A stretch of 64,000 bases of DNA. It comes from an uncultured Nitrososphaerota archaeon (GTDB taxonomy: Archaea > Thermoproteota > Nitrososphaeria > Nitrososphaerales > Gagatemarchaeaceae). Location of the stretch: NCBI GenBank assembly GCA_963703285.1, contig OY969807.1, forward strand, positions 448,001 through 512,000. The letters are read 5' to 3'. The position numbers were made by a program, and so were the translations under genes. Below the pieces are notes generated by a model, which saw nothing but the letters and a program-made list of their open reading frames with translations, was not told where the DNA came from and did not search any database. Positions 38,207 to 47,957 of this stretch are shown one piece after another; position 1 is the stretch's first letter, and the number at the start of each line of letters is the position of its first letter.

Positions 38207-39962
38207 CTACTCCTTGATCTTCTTTTTCTGCAGCCCGTACATCTCGACTATCTCCTTCACCGTCGTCGCGTCCTCAGGCCGTTTCTCGTCCCTGACCTTC
38301 CCGGTGAACTTGGGGAACCTCGAGCGCGAGGCCGCTCCCCTCCCTTATGCTGTCCATCCCTGCGGGGTGGATTGGCGAGAGCGTGATCTCGGAGGCGATG
38401 GTCTCTATGACGACCTTCGGCCTGTACCAGACGTCGGGCACCAGCACCGACTCCACGTTGGGGGGTTTCACGGTGCTTTCATAGGGTTTCAGGAGCTTCG
38501 GGAACCTCTCCAGGTCCTCGTCGGAGAAACCCGTCCCGATTTTGCTTATGGTCGGGAAGTCGTTCTTCTTGTCGTCGTACGCCGCGAGCAGGTACGCTCC
38601 GTAGGCCCCCGCCCGCCTCCCCCTCCCGTGGTACGCGCCGACGATCGCCAGGTCTATGGTATCGGTGAGCTCGCTCCTGTACTCCCGCTTGAGCTTGATC
38701 CAACCGAATCCCCTGGCGCCGGCCGTGTAGACGGCGTCGGGGTCCTTGATCATCAGCCCCTCCCCGCCCTCCGATATCGCCTCCTCCATGTACCTCTCTA
38801 TCTCCTCCGCGCTGCTCGTCCTTATGGCGGGGACCGGCCTCGTGTAATCGGTCGCGCGGACGATCTTCTCCAGCTCCGCCCTCCTGACCGTGTATGTCTC
38901 TCCCGTGAGGTCCCTCCCCTCCGAGAACATCACGTCGAAGAAGTTGATGGCGACGGGATACTCCTTCATCGCGTCCTGGATGCCGTGCTTTCGTCTCCTG
39001 TGCATCAGCTCCTGGAACGGGTAGTACTCCCCTGTCTCTGTGTTCACGGCCACGACCTCGCCCTCGAGTATGGCCCGCCTGCTCCTGACGTAGTCGACCG
39101 CGTACCGCGCGACGTCGGGGTAGGTGGGAGTGATCTTCTCCAGCCTGCGCGAGAAGAGCTCGACCTTGCCGGAGTCCTTGTGTATCTGGACCCTCTCGCC
39201 GTCGAGCTTGTACTCGGCCGCAACCTCGCCGCCGATCTTCTCGAGTATCTCCTTGGCGCTGCTCAGCCTCTCCGCGAGCATGGGCCTGATGGGCTTCCCC
39301 ACGTGCACTCGGACGCCCTCGACACCTGCCAGCCCCTTCTCGGCCGCGAGCTGGACGACGAAGCCAAGGTCGGAGGTGACGTTGTAGGCGCGCTCCAGGC
39401 TCTTCCTGTGCTCCTTGCCTCCTAGGAGCGCGGCCGCACAGGCATCCAGGATAGTGTAGTCTGCTACTCCCAGCCTCAGCTCTCCCACGGCGGTGCGGAG
39501 GATGTACCTGGCCTCCCTGGGCGTCGCGTCGCTGAGGAGGCCCACGAGCTCCTTGAGCTTGGACTCGATCGAGCCGCTCCCGGAGATCTGCGAGATCGCG
39601 TAGAGCCCGTCGTAAACCCTCTTCAGGGTGAGGGGTTCTGACGCGAGGTGTCGCTGCCTCCCGTCGGCAAGGAGGGCCTCCGCTGCGGTCCCCAGGTCCC
39701 CCGCTTCGACGTAGGCCCGCTTGACGGATTCGGGCGACGCTCCAGACGCCGTCGCGAGCGCGCGGACCGCGAACTTCTCGGCGATGCCGAGCTCGACGCC
39801 CTCGTAGTCAGGCTTGAGCTTCCCCTGGGTTAGGTACACGAGCATGGGGAGCTCACCGATGGGGGCGTCCCTCAAGAGAGACGCGAGGACCTCGGTGATC
39901 GCGAGCCTGCCGCTGAGCGACTCGAGCTTGGCGTAGGCGTCCGCGACCTCCGAGAACTTCAA
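38207..39962 (-). CDS. lig: ATP-dependent DNA ligase (one extra base at ~38321)
   Basis: [26 protein letters not shown]; removing one base restores [27 protein letters not shown] to the stop at 38207. Confidence 0.95.
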
Positions 39963-40032
39963 GCGCAGGAAGCGCGGCCGCGCTTCTTTTTTATGTTGCG
40001 CGGGTGCTCAGGGAAGGCTGTCAACTCCTCCT

Positions 40033-41580
40033 TCAGTCGGGAGGGATCTCCCTGAAGAGGAGGGAGATGTCCAGTCCACCGCGGAGGTGATACCGTCTCG
40101 ACGCGGCGTAGATTGCGACGCCCGCCACGAACGTCGCTGCGATGTATCCATAGGCGAGCGGGTTCCCTCCCCACACCGTCGGGGCTGAGAGGAACTCGTA
40201 GGCCAGGAAGAGGAAGACGGCCGCCATCAGCGCGCCCGAGACGAGGAGGGTTCTCCTGGCGGACCCCCTCTCCTTCCTGAACCCGTAGACGGCGGCCGCC
40301 GCGCCGACGAAGGCGAAGTAGAACATCGAGGCGAGGATGGCGCCGTAGAGCGAGGAGAGAGTTCCGTAGACGAAGGCCGCGAGGCCGATCAGGACCACCG
40401 TCACCGCGAGGTCGAGGAGGTGAGCGTAGACGGGTGACGCGAACCTCTCGCTGACGTAGCCGAGCTTGGCGGGAAGGAACCTGTCGAAGGACTGGGCCAT
40501 CATGTACCTCGAGATGGTGATTATCCCGAAGGCGAGTATCGCCACCACCCAGAGTATCCAGCCGAGCCCTATGAGGAGCTTCAGCGCGGTGACCTGGGTG
40601 ACGCCCATCGCCAGCGTCCAGAAGTTGAAGGAGGCGGAGTAGACGAGGCTGCTGTTGGAGAGGGCTGCATCGGTGAAGCCGAACCCCCCGACGTAGTACA
40701 TCACCGCGAGCGGGACCGTGACGACGAGCATCGCGAGGAGTGCGGAGATGGGCGCGTTCCAGGTGACGGCGCTCCTCCCCTTCAGCTCGGAGCCCACCGA
40801 GGCCGAGGCGTTGAACCAGGGGTAGACGAAGATTGCGAAGAAGGGGAGTATGGAGACGGTCGCCGCGAGGTCGAAGCCGCGGCCGGTGTAGGAGTTGGCG
40901 ACCGACGCGTAGGTTATCGGGTTGCCGTTCGAGCCGGTCAGTCCCAGGCCGTTGACATAATCCGCGACTCCTCCCCTCCCGGCGGCCAGGAGCGTCCCCA
41001 TGGAGACGAGGAGGGTCACGACCCCCACCAGCATGAGCACGGAGATGAGCCTGAAGCCCAGTCTGGGCCGGACGATGTTGAGCGCTATGAGACACGCGAA
41101 GATCGCCGCGGCGAGCGAGAACTGGTCGAGGGGGGCCGACCCCGCCACCGCCAGGCCGCTGAACGCGGAGCCCCCCATCGACACGCCGACCGACCCAATG
41201 GCGAAGACCACCGAGAGCGCTATCAGCGCCAGGTAGGGCATCGTCTCCATGGTGATTCCCATGAACGTCACGGAACTCCCGACGAGGCCGCCCAGGGACC
41301 TCGACATCCAGACGTAGTCGCCGCCCGTCCTCGACGTCCTCCTCGACATCATCGTGTAGACGATCACCTGCGGGATGGTGATCAGGAACCCTATGAGGGA
41401 GGCGTAGACGAGGTTCACCCCGGAGACCGAAGGTAGAAGGACGAGGGTGAACCCGAGGAGGGAGAGCGCGGCGCCCGTGGACATGTAGCTGACGTTCACG
41501 GCCACGGCGTCGAAGAGGGAGACGGTCTTCACGAGCCCGGTGCTCTGCCTGGCGAATCCTGCGCCGCCCTCGGATGCCAC
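40033..41580 (-). CDS. APC-family amino acid permease
   Basis: FARQSTGLVK, RTGGDYVWMSR, SFDRFLP, about 12 TM, FREIPPD end. Confidence 0.88.
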   Translation of the reverse strand: MASEGGAGFARQSTGLVKTVSLFDAVAVNVSYMSTGAALSLLGFTLVLLPSVSGVNLVYASLIGFLITIPQVIVYTMMSRRTSRTGGDYVWMSRSLGGLVGSSVTFMGITMETMPYLALIALSVVFAIGSVGVSMGGSAFSGLAVAGSAPLDQFSLAAAIFACLIALNIVRPRLGFRLISVLMLVGVVTLLVSMGTLLAAGRGGVADYVNGLGLTGSNGNPITYASVANSYTGRGFDLAATVSILPFFAIFVYPWFNASASVGSELKGRSAVTWNAPISALLAMLVVTVPLAVMYYVGGFGFTDAALSNSSLVYSASFNFWTLAMGVTQVTALKLLIGLGWILWVVAILAFGIITISRYMMAQSFDRFLPAKLGYVSERFASPVYAHLLDLAVTVVLIGLAAFVYGTLSSLYGAILASMFYFAFVGAAAAVYGFRKERGSARRTLLVSGALMAAVFLFLAYEFLSAPTVWGGNPLAYGYIAATFVAGVAIYAASRRYHLRGGLDISLLFREIPPD

Positions 41581-41714
41581 GATGCTACCCCAGGAGAGCC
41601 ACGAATAAGTTTTGATTCCCTCTCGGACTTTTCGGATGAACGAGGAGAATCTCCGGCCGGCCTCCCCGAGCGACACCTCTTTAGACTTGGGGCGCGTGGG
41701 CGCGGCGTCTCAAA

Positions 41715-41906
41715 TTGCGGTGGTCGGTCAGGCTGATGGTCATCGGCGTGTTGGTAATCCTGGTGGGTTTCCTCCCCATCTACTTCTCAGGTCTGACGAT
41801 CGGCACTCTCGAGAGCGCCGCCTCGTTCTTCGCCGTAGGCCTGCTGATCCTGCTCGTCGGCATCATGCTGCGGACCCTCAGGAAGACGTTCCAGCCGGGG
41901 CCCTAG
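41715..41906 (+). CDS. Small two-TM membrane protein
   Basis: Short hydrophobic ORF filling an intergenic gap. Confidence 0.5.
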   Translation: MRWSVRLMVIGVLVILVGFLPIYFSGLTIGTLESAASFFAVGLLILLVGIMLRTLRKTFQPGP

Positions 41907-41912
41907 CGGACC

Positions 41913-43193
41913 TCACGCGGCTTGGGTGGTCGGGGCGGGCTCGGCCTGCTCACCTCGGGCCCTCGACACCCTCCTGTACGCGGGAAGGATGGCCAGATAG
42001 AGGACGACGAAGATCGGGAGGACCACTGCGGCCACCTCCACTATGCCCTCGACCACCCCCGAGAAGAGCGCCCAGACGAACCCCCCGAAGGCCGCGACGC
42101 CCGAGGTGACGGGCGGACTCGTAACCTGCACCACTATCCAGGCGAGGGAGACGTTCCCAGACTGGTCCGTGGCGCTGACGGTCACGTTGTACCTCCCGGG
42201 CTGCGTGAACTGGTGGATGAGCTGCTGCCCCTGGGCGGACGTTCCGTCACCGAAGTTGTAGTTGACGATGTAAGGCTGGACCCCTCCGCTGACGACGGCG
42301 TTGAAGGTTACGCTGAGGGGGCTCATGCCCTTCAGGGGCGTCGCGGACAGCTTGACGACCAGCGGTACCACGGTCAGCGGCACCGAGGTCTGGAACACGA
42401 TGCCTATCGTGGCGTAGTCGATGAGGCGGGCCGTCTCTAGGATGCTGCTCTCGACCGAGTTGATCTGGGCGTCCGTCTTCTGGAGGACGGACTCGATGTT
42501 CAGGGTCGCGTTGACGGAGGTCGACTCTCCCAACAGCTTGATGAGAGAGGTCTGCTCGGTGAGGAGGGACTGGAGCGTCGCGTTGAGGTCGGTGTACTGG
42601 ACCGTGACGTCGTCGCTCGACGAGGAGGAGCTGATCACGCTACCGAGAGCCTCGAGCTGGGTCATCGCCTGCTCGAAGTTCTGTGCGGGTATCCGCAGCG
42701 TCATCGTCGCGTAGGAGCCGGAGTAGGTGGAGGACGCCACGTATCCGCCCAGCGAGGCTGCAATCTCGCTCGCCTTCTGCTGGGATGCGGAAGGTTGGCT
42801 GACGTTGAGGGTGAGGTTGCTGAAGAACTCGATGTCGGCGCCGGAAGAGGAGCCGCTGCTGTTGGTCGTTGCCGCGGCCCCGATCGAGGCTTCCCCAGTA
42901 CTGGTGGCGACGGTCGTCGTCGAAGCCGAGGTCTCGGTCGTAGCCACGCCAATCACGGTGGTAGACGGAGTCGCCGACCCGGTCGACGATGCCCCAGAGA
43001 AGCCGAACTGACTAGTCAGACCTCCCAGAACCGTCGTCCAGGGAGACCGCGCGGAGGCCGCGGAGTCGCTCGAGTAGAGCGCTCCAGGCTCTCCCCTCAG
43101 GGCGGGGATTAGGACGCCGACGACCCCCCCGCCTATTAGGAGAATTACAGCAAGGACGACGACCGCCTTCGGATTGCCTCTCTTGGGGTCCAA
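41913..43193 (-). CDS. DUF4349-like membrane protein with PKD domain and Ser/Thr-rich stalk
   Basis: GGYV...TLRIPA..F...LG...DVTVQYTDL.A...IDYATI (DUF4349 pattern); YNFGDGT...HQFTQPGRYNVTVSATD (PKD); TM at both ends. Confidence 0.78.
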   Translation of the reverse strand: MDPKRGNPKAVVVLAVILLIGGGVVGVLIPALRGEPGALYSSDSAASARSPWTTVLGGLTSQFGFSGASSTGSATPSTTVIGVATTETSASTTTVATSTGEASIGAAATTNSSGSSSGADIEFFSNLTLNVSQPSASQQKASEIAASLGGYVASSTYSGSYATMTLRIPAQNFEQAMTQLEALGSVISSSSSSDDVTVQYTDLNATLQSLLTEQTSLIKLLGESTSVNATLNIESVLQKTDAQINSVESSILETARLIDYATIGIVFQTSVPLTVVPLVVKLSATPLKGMSPLSVTFNAVVSGGVQPYIVNYNFGDGTSAQGQQLIHQFTQPGRYNVTVSATDQSGNVSLAWIVVQVTSPPVTSGVAAFGGFVWALFSGVVEGIVEVAAVVLPIFVVLYLAILPAYRRVSRARGEQAEPAPTTQAA

Positions 43194-43285
43194 CGACCTC
43201 CCCAGGACCGGGGAGATGTGATGACCTTTTGTCCCATCACTCGGACAAAAGTATTTATCAGAAAACGACCGTTTCTCTCCGCCTT

Positions 43286-44071
43286 ATGAAGACCTCCTCC
43301 TACGCCTTGGCGGTCCTCGTCGGATTCGCCCTGGTCAACACGGTCTTTCTGGGCGCGTACCTCTTCTCATCATCGACTCCCGCGTTGGCCGCCTCCGCGA
43401 CCACCTCCACACTTTCGTTCACTGTCTCCAGCACGACGACGTTCACGGCAACCTCGACCGAGACATTCGCAAGCAGCACGACGACCCAGAACTCGGCCTC
43501 GAACTCCGCGGCCAGCTCGTCCCAGACTTCGCAGCCCGTTACGACCACCACAACGACCGTACGCCAGAGCGTCTCGAGCACCTCGCCCAGCTTCGCCGCG
43601 TCGGGCGCCTCGGCTGCGGGCGTCGGCGGGTTCACCCTCCTCTCGGTGGCGGCATTCCTGGAGAAGCACTCCCTGGCGATCGCCCCGACCAGCTGGGTCG
43701 CTGTCGGCGGGATGTGGATCTGGAGGGGCAGGATGAGGTCGCGCTGGACGGACCTCGGGTTCGACTCGGACGTCTTCGGGCTCTTCGTCAAGATGAAGGG
43801 AGGGAAGACGCGTTTGAGGCTCCTGGACGCGCTGTCCCTTCCAAAGGACAGGCTCCAGCTAGCCCAGGAGCTCGGCCTCGACTGGAAGGGGGTTGACAGG
43901 CACCTCGTGCTCATGAAGAAGTACGGGTTCGTGGTGGACAAGGTCGCCTACGGGAAGGTCAGGATGTACGAGCTGACACCGATGGGCACTTCGCTGCTGA
44001 AGCTCCTTCAGGAGCTGTCCAGGGAGGAGGGGCGGCAGGGCGTCCCTGGGCAGCGGCTGTACGACAACTGA
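43286..44071 (+). CDS. Membrane-anchored winged-helix (ArsR-like) regulator with Ser/Thr-rich linker
   Basis: N-terminal TM, S/T-rich stretch, further hydrophobic segments, then GGKTRLRLLDAL..PKDRLQLAQELGLDWKGVDRHL..MKKYG...YELT. Confidence 0.75.
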   Translation: MKTSSYALAVLVGFALVNTVFLGAYLFSSSTPALAASATTSTLSFTVSSTTTFTATSTETFASSTTTQNSASNSAASSSQTSQPVTTTTTTVRQSVSSTSPSFAASGASAAGVGGFTLLSVAAFLEKHSLAIAPTSWVAVGGMWIWRGRMRSRWTDLGFDSDVFGLFVKMKGGKTRLRLLDALSLPKDRLQLAQELGLDWKGVDRHLVLMKKYGFVVDKVAYGKVRMYELTPMGTSLLKLLQELSREEGRQGVPGQRLYDN

Positions 44072-44153
44072 GAGCGCGGTCCGTCGCCAAGGCGGCCTGC
44101 CTTTCCGCAAGGTTAATTATTCGGTGCCGGTCGCGGGGCATCGAGTGAACTAG

Positions 44154-44501
44154 ATGGGCGGAACAAAGAAGAAGACCCTGGCCTCCATGGAGAAGACCCA
44201 GAACGAGGAAGGGGAGGTGCAGGCTGACGGCTCCAGGAAGAAGGTCGAGAAGACAAAGGCTGCCGTCGGCGAGAGGAAGAGGGTCGAGGTCCTGATGCCG
44301 AAGATGGGCGAGCAGGAGATGTTCAAGTCGCTCTCTTCGCAGAAGGCGATCACGATTTACTCGGCAGCTAGGAGCCTCAACGTGAGCGCGTCGATAGCGA
44401 GGACGATCCTGGGTTCGCTCGAGTCAAAGGGAATGCTACACAGGGTCGGCGGGTTCAGCGGGCACTACGTCTGGGCGCCTTCGCTCACTTCCCGCACCTG
44501 A
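44154..44501 (+). CDS. rps25e: 30S ribosomal protein S25e
   Basis: MGGTKKKTLASMEK...AITIYSAARSLNVSASIARTILGSLESKG. Confidence 0.85.
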   Translation: MGGTKKKTLASMEKTQNEEGEVQADGSRKKVEKTKAAVGERKRVEVLMPKMGEQEMFKSLSSQKAITIYSAARSLNVSASIARTILGSLESKGMLHRVGGFSGHYVWAPSLTSRT

Positions 44502-44863
44502 ACTATCTCCATACTGTCACCCGCAGACAGCGACTCGAAGACCTCGAGTCCTCCCTCGACCTTCCCGAGGGGGTTCAGGGGGCTCTGGCTCTTCGCGTTC
44601 GACAAGAAGAAGCAGAGCGAGCCGTTCGCGGCAAGGAAGGCGACGTCGCCCTTGGTGAACTCGAACCTCTGCTTCTCGACGCCAGCCTTGATTCCGGTGA
44701 GCAGACAGACCATCGCCCTGGGGTAGATGGTGACGCGCGCGTTGATTGGCAACTCCCTGAGGACCGCGCTCACCGTCACAGGTGCGAGGTGCTTGTAGAC
44801 GTCGAACTTCAGCTCGCCCTTGCCCCTGACGATGGCTCTGCACTCTACCTTCGATACCGACAT
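44465..44863 (-). CDS. Cyclophilin-like fold protein (TM1367/DUF369-like)
   Basis: HLAPVTV..LRELP...[17 protein letters not shown]...LCFF...NPLGKV. Confidence 0.75.
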   Translation of the reverse strand: MSVSKVECRAIVRGKGELKFDVYKHLAPVTVSAVLRELPINARVTIYPRAMVCLLTGIKAGVEKQRFEFTKGDVAFLAANGSLCFFLSNAKSQSPLNPLGKVEGGLEVFESLSAGDSMEIVQVREVSEGAQT

Positions 44864-45024
44864 TGCATCTCCTCTCCGCTCCTGCTCTCCATGGGCGCGG
44901 ATTCAGAGCGCCCTTTCGGTCCTATTTCATGCTTGTGCCCCAGCGGGCCCGCCGGGCGCACAACGCCCATCACAAACTTTATACAAGCGCCCCAAAGCGG
45001 CTTGAGCGTTCTCGAGGGTATTGG

Positions 45025-45321
45025 TTGTCCCCAGCAGTTACTTCGCGCGATAAAAAGAAACCTCGACGCGCGGTTGAAGAAGGTTTCGAGATCAAGATAG
45101 GGCCTCCAAAGCTCACGCGCTTCGAGAAGGCGAGAATCATAGGCGCTCGGTCGCTGCAGCTCGCCATGGGCGCGCCCTTCTTCGTCCCCGTGGACGAGAC
45201 CACCAAGGACCCGATATTCCTCGCGATGACGGAGCTCGCGAGCGAGGCTCTCCCGCTCTCCGTCAGGCGCACGCTCCCCAACGGCGAGTACCAGGACATC
45301 CCCGTCCGCTATCTTCTCTAG
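45025..45321 (+). CDS. rpoK: DNA-directed RNA polymerase subunit K (Rpo6)
   Basis: [24 protein letters not shown]...[12 protein letters not shown]; probable TTG start. Confidence 0.93.
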   Translation: MSPAVTSRDKKKPRRAVEEGFEIKIGPPKLTRFEKARIIGARSLQLAMGAPFFVPVDETTKDPIFLAMTELASEALPLSVRRTLPNGEYQDIPVRYLL

Positions 45322-45392
45322 GCCTGCGGCTCTCGTGTGGACGATTCGTCTAGTCACGCATAAATAGGCACTGAGCGTCGGCGGCGGCCAAC

Positions 45393-45755
45393 ATGTCCAG
45401 CAAGCCAAACAATCGGGCTCCCACTGGGGAACGCGCACCGGGCGCAGACCAGCCAGAAGAAGAGATGCCACCGCCAAGCGGAATGGCACAGAACCACATC
45501 TACGTGGGCAAGAAGCCGGTGATGAGCTACGCAATGTCTGCCCTGATACAGCTGTCGCAGGCAGGCGAGGTCGTCATCAAGGCCAGAGGCCTTGCCATCG
45601 GAAGGGCGGTCGACGTGGCTGAGATCGTCACCAAGAGGCTCGGGAACGGCGCCTTCGCGGTGAAGAACATCGCCATCAGCACAGAGCAGGTTAAGAGCGT
45701 CGACACCGGCGAGATGAGGAACGTCTCCTCCATCGAGATCCTCGTCGGAAAGTAG
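45393..45755 (+). CDS. albA: DNA/RNA-binding protein Alba
   Basis: IYVGKKPVMSY, VVIKARG.AI.RAVDVAE, RNVSSIEI; may start at ATG 45483. Confidence 0.95.
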   Translation: MSSKPNNRAPTGERAPGADQPEEEMPPPSGMAQNHIYVGKKPVMSYAMSALIQLSQAGEVVIKARGLAIGRAVDVAEIVTKRLGNGAFAVKNIAISTEQVKSVDTGEMRNVSSIEILVGK

Positions 45756-46070
45756 GGGCCCAGGCCCGGCCACCAACGGGGCGGCGGACGGGTAGTAATG
45801 GTGCTAGAAGAACCACTCTCGCGCTAGGGCTTATGTTCAACTGGCCGCGTCCTTCTAGCTCGTGTTCGACCCTTCGCTTTTCCGTCGCGAGAGAAGTCTC
45901 TCCTCTGGAAGGTCGTCGAGGTCTTCGGTCCATCCCGCCGCGATTCAGCCGGCTGTCGCAGAGTGGCCGCGAGATGGCTGACGCCGCGTTCGCGAAGCTT
46001 TCCCTGGCGACGACGTCTCCCTCTGACAAGACGGCTGGTCGAAGAGCCTCGACCGGGCCGCGTCGCGCGA

Positions 46071-46104
46071 CGAAAAATTTTTCGCGGGGGGATAAATTTT
46101 TAAG
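46071..46104 (+). promoter_or_regulatory. Perfect 14-bp palindrome just upstream of the TATA-like box of the decarboxylase gene
   Basis: CGAAAAATTTTTCG 46071-46084 followed by GATAAATTTTTAAG. Confidence 0.45.
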
Positions 46105-46134
46105 CGAAACTTTCGATACTATCGACACAAACAA

Positions 46135-47472
46135 TTGCCTGAACCTCGGACTCAGCCGGTAACGAAGACCCGGAGTCTGACGACACCAAAGTTCAATGAC
46201 CAGGATTTGTACAGTCTGGCCGAGAAATTTGGCACACCCTATTTCCTGATGGACGAGACGGTCCTGAGAGAAAACGTACGCGAGATCGAAGAAGCGTACC
46301 AGGGCTTCAAGGGGCCCTTCAGGGTTGCTTACTCGATAAAGGCGAACTTCAACCCGGCCGTGATAAAGACGTTCGTCTCCGAAGGGATAATGTTCGACCT
46401 GACGGCGGCGAACGAGCTCTACTTCCTCCTGAAGTGCGGCGGGTCACCCGAGAACGTGATCTACACCTCCATCACGGAGACGGAGGCCGAGTTTGAGGAC
46501 CTGATCTCCCGCGGGGTGAGGAAGATAGTCGTCTCGAGCTACAACGGACTGCTCAATCTCATCGAGGCCGCGACGAAGATCGGAGGCGAGGTCAAGACCC
46601 TGATCAGGGTCAATCCCGAGGTTCACGTCAAGGCGGAGCTCAGGTTCTCGATACGCCACGGTAAGTTCGGAGTGCCGCTCGAGTCGATCGACGAGGACGG
46701 GGCCATGTTCATGCTCAAGAAGATACTCGACACGCCCTCGCTGGGGTTCGACGGTTTCCACTTCCACCTCGGCAGCCAGATCGAGGACCCCTCCTGCTAC
46801 TCTGAGGCGCTCGAGAAGCTCGAGGCCTTCATCCTGAACGCGAGGAGGAGCCTCGGCGAGTTCCCCATCAACACGCTCGACATCGGAGGAGGTCTCCCCA
46901 CGTCCTATGGGAGGAGCGTCCCTTCCCCGGCGGACTTCTCGGCCAAGATACTCGAGCAGCTGAGCAGCCTCGCTGAGAGCTTCGGGAGCAAGTTCACCCT
47001 GATCGTCGAGAGCGGAAGGTTCCTCTCCGCGGGCTCGGGCGTGATGGTCTCGAAGATAGTGAACGTCAAGAGGTTCAACGAGAACAGGTACGTCTACGTC
47101 GACGCCGGGTACCACGACCTGGCGGACTCCGCGCTTCTGAGGCACGAGTATCCGGTGGAGGTAATCCCGGGAGGGAGCGCGTCGCAGCAGAAGACCATCC
47201 TGGTCGGACGGCTCTGCGACTCTCTCGACGTCTTCACGACCTCGAGCAGGTCGAAGCTGGGAGGAGCCGAGGTGGGGAAGCTTGTCGTCTTCAGGGGAGC
47301 GGGAGCATACTCGGTAGTGCTCGCGTCCCCGTTCCACTGCCAGCCGAAGCCGTACGTGCTCATGAGGGACGCGCAGGGGAGCTACAGCGTCATCAGGAAG
47401 GGGCAGACCATTGAGGAGCTCTTCGACGAGGAGGGCGGCGCTCTTCTCCAGGGACCCGAGCCAAAGCAATAA
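46135..47472 (+). CDS. Group IV PLP-dependent decarboxylase (diaminopimelate/ornithine decarboxylase family)
   Basis: FGTP, AYSIKAN, IRVNP, KFG, HFHLGSQ, DIGGG, ESGRF, GRLCDSLD, GAY; substrate not determinable. Confidence 0.88.
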   Translation: MPEPRTQPVTKTRSLTTPKFNDQDLYSLAEKFGTPYFLMDETVLRENVREIEEAYQGFKGPFRVAYSIKANFNPAVIKTFVSEGIMFDLTAANELYFLLKCGGSPENVIYTSITETEAEFEDLISRGVRKIVVSSYNGLLNLIEAATKIGGEVKTLIRVNPEVHVKAELRFSIRHGKFGVPLESIDEDGAMFMLKKILDTPSLGFDGFHFHLGSQIEDPSCYSEALEKLEAFILNARRSLGEFPINTLDIGGGLPTSYGRSVPSPADFSAKILEQLSSLAESFGSKFTLIVESGRFLSAGSGVMVSKIVNVKRFNENRYVYVDAGYHDLADSALLRHEYPVEVIPGGSASQQKTILVGRLCDSLDVFTTSSRSKLGGAEVGKLVVFRGAGAYSVVLASPFHCQPKPYVLMRDAQGSYSVIRKGQTIEELFDEEGGALLQGPEPKQ

Positions 47473-47500
47473 GACGACCACCGGTGCCCTACGTCAAGGC

Positions 47501-47878
47501 GTGCCTCTCTCGAGGATAGCAAAGGTCATACTGTCTGTGAATGACCTCGAAAAGTCGGTGGCCTTCTACCGCGACGTCCTGGGGATGACGAAGTCCAGCA
47601 CCCCGGGTGAGTTCGCGTTCCTTGATGGAGGAGGCGTGACACTGGCCCTGAGGAGCGCGGCGAGGGCAGGCCCCGTCATCCCGGGAGGTGTAGAGATCTC
47701 GTTCGAGGTCGGAGATGTCGGCGCCACCTATCAAGAGCTGAAGTCGAAGGGCGTCACCTTCCCGTACCCGCCTCGTGCCGTCACGCACAGCGGAGACATG
47801 GAGCTGCTCGCTACGGACTTCCGTGACCCCGACGGCCACGTCCTCTCGATCACAGGGTGGGTCCCGAGGCGACGCTAG
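47501..47878 (+). CDS. VOC/glyoxalase-family protein
   Basis: LSVNDLEKSVAFYRDVLG...ISFEV.D...FRDPDGHVL. Confidence 0.88.
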   Translation: MPLSRIAKVILSVNDLEKSVAFYRDVLGMTKSSTPGEFAFLDGGGVTLALRSAARAGPVIPGGVEISFEVGDVGATYQELKSKGVTFPYPPRAVTHSGDMELLATDFRDPDGHVLSITGWVPRRR

Positions 47879-47957
47879 CGTCTCCTGCGGTTGCTTGGAC
47901 TCCCGTGCTATCTAGGCCCGGTCCTGGTCGAACATCTCTGGGTCAGTCGTTCTTTGG

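Noticed and set aside
38207-38330. DNA ligase as a truncated pseudogene
   Set aside because: The full conserved C-terminus (RFPKF...R.EK..EDATT) is present in the next frame; a one-base error is more likely
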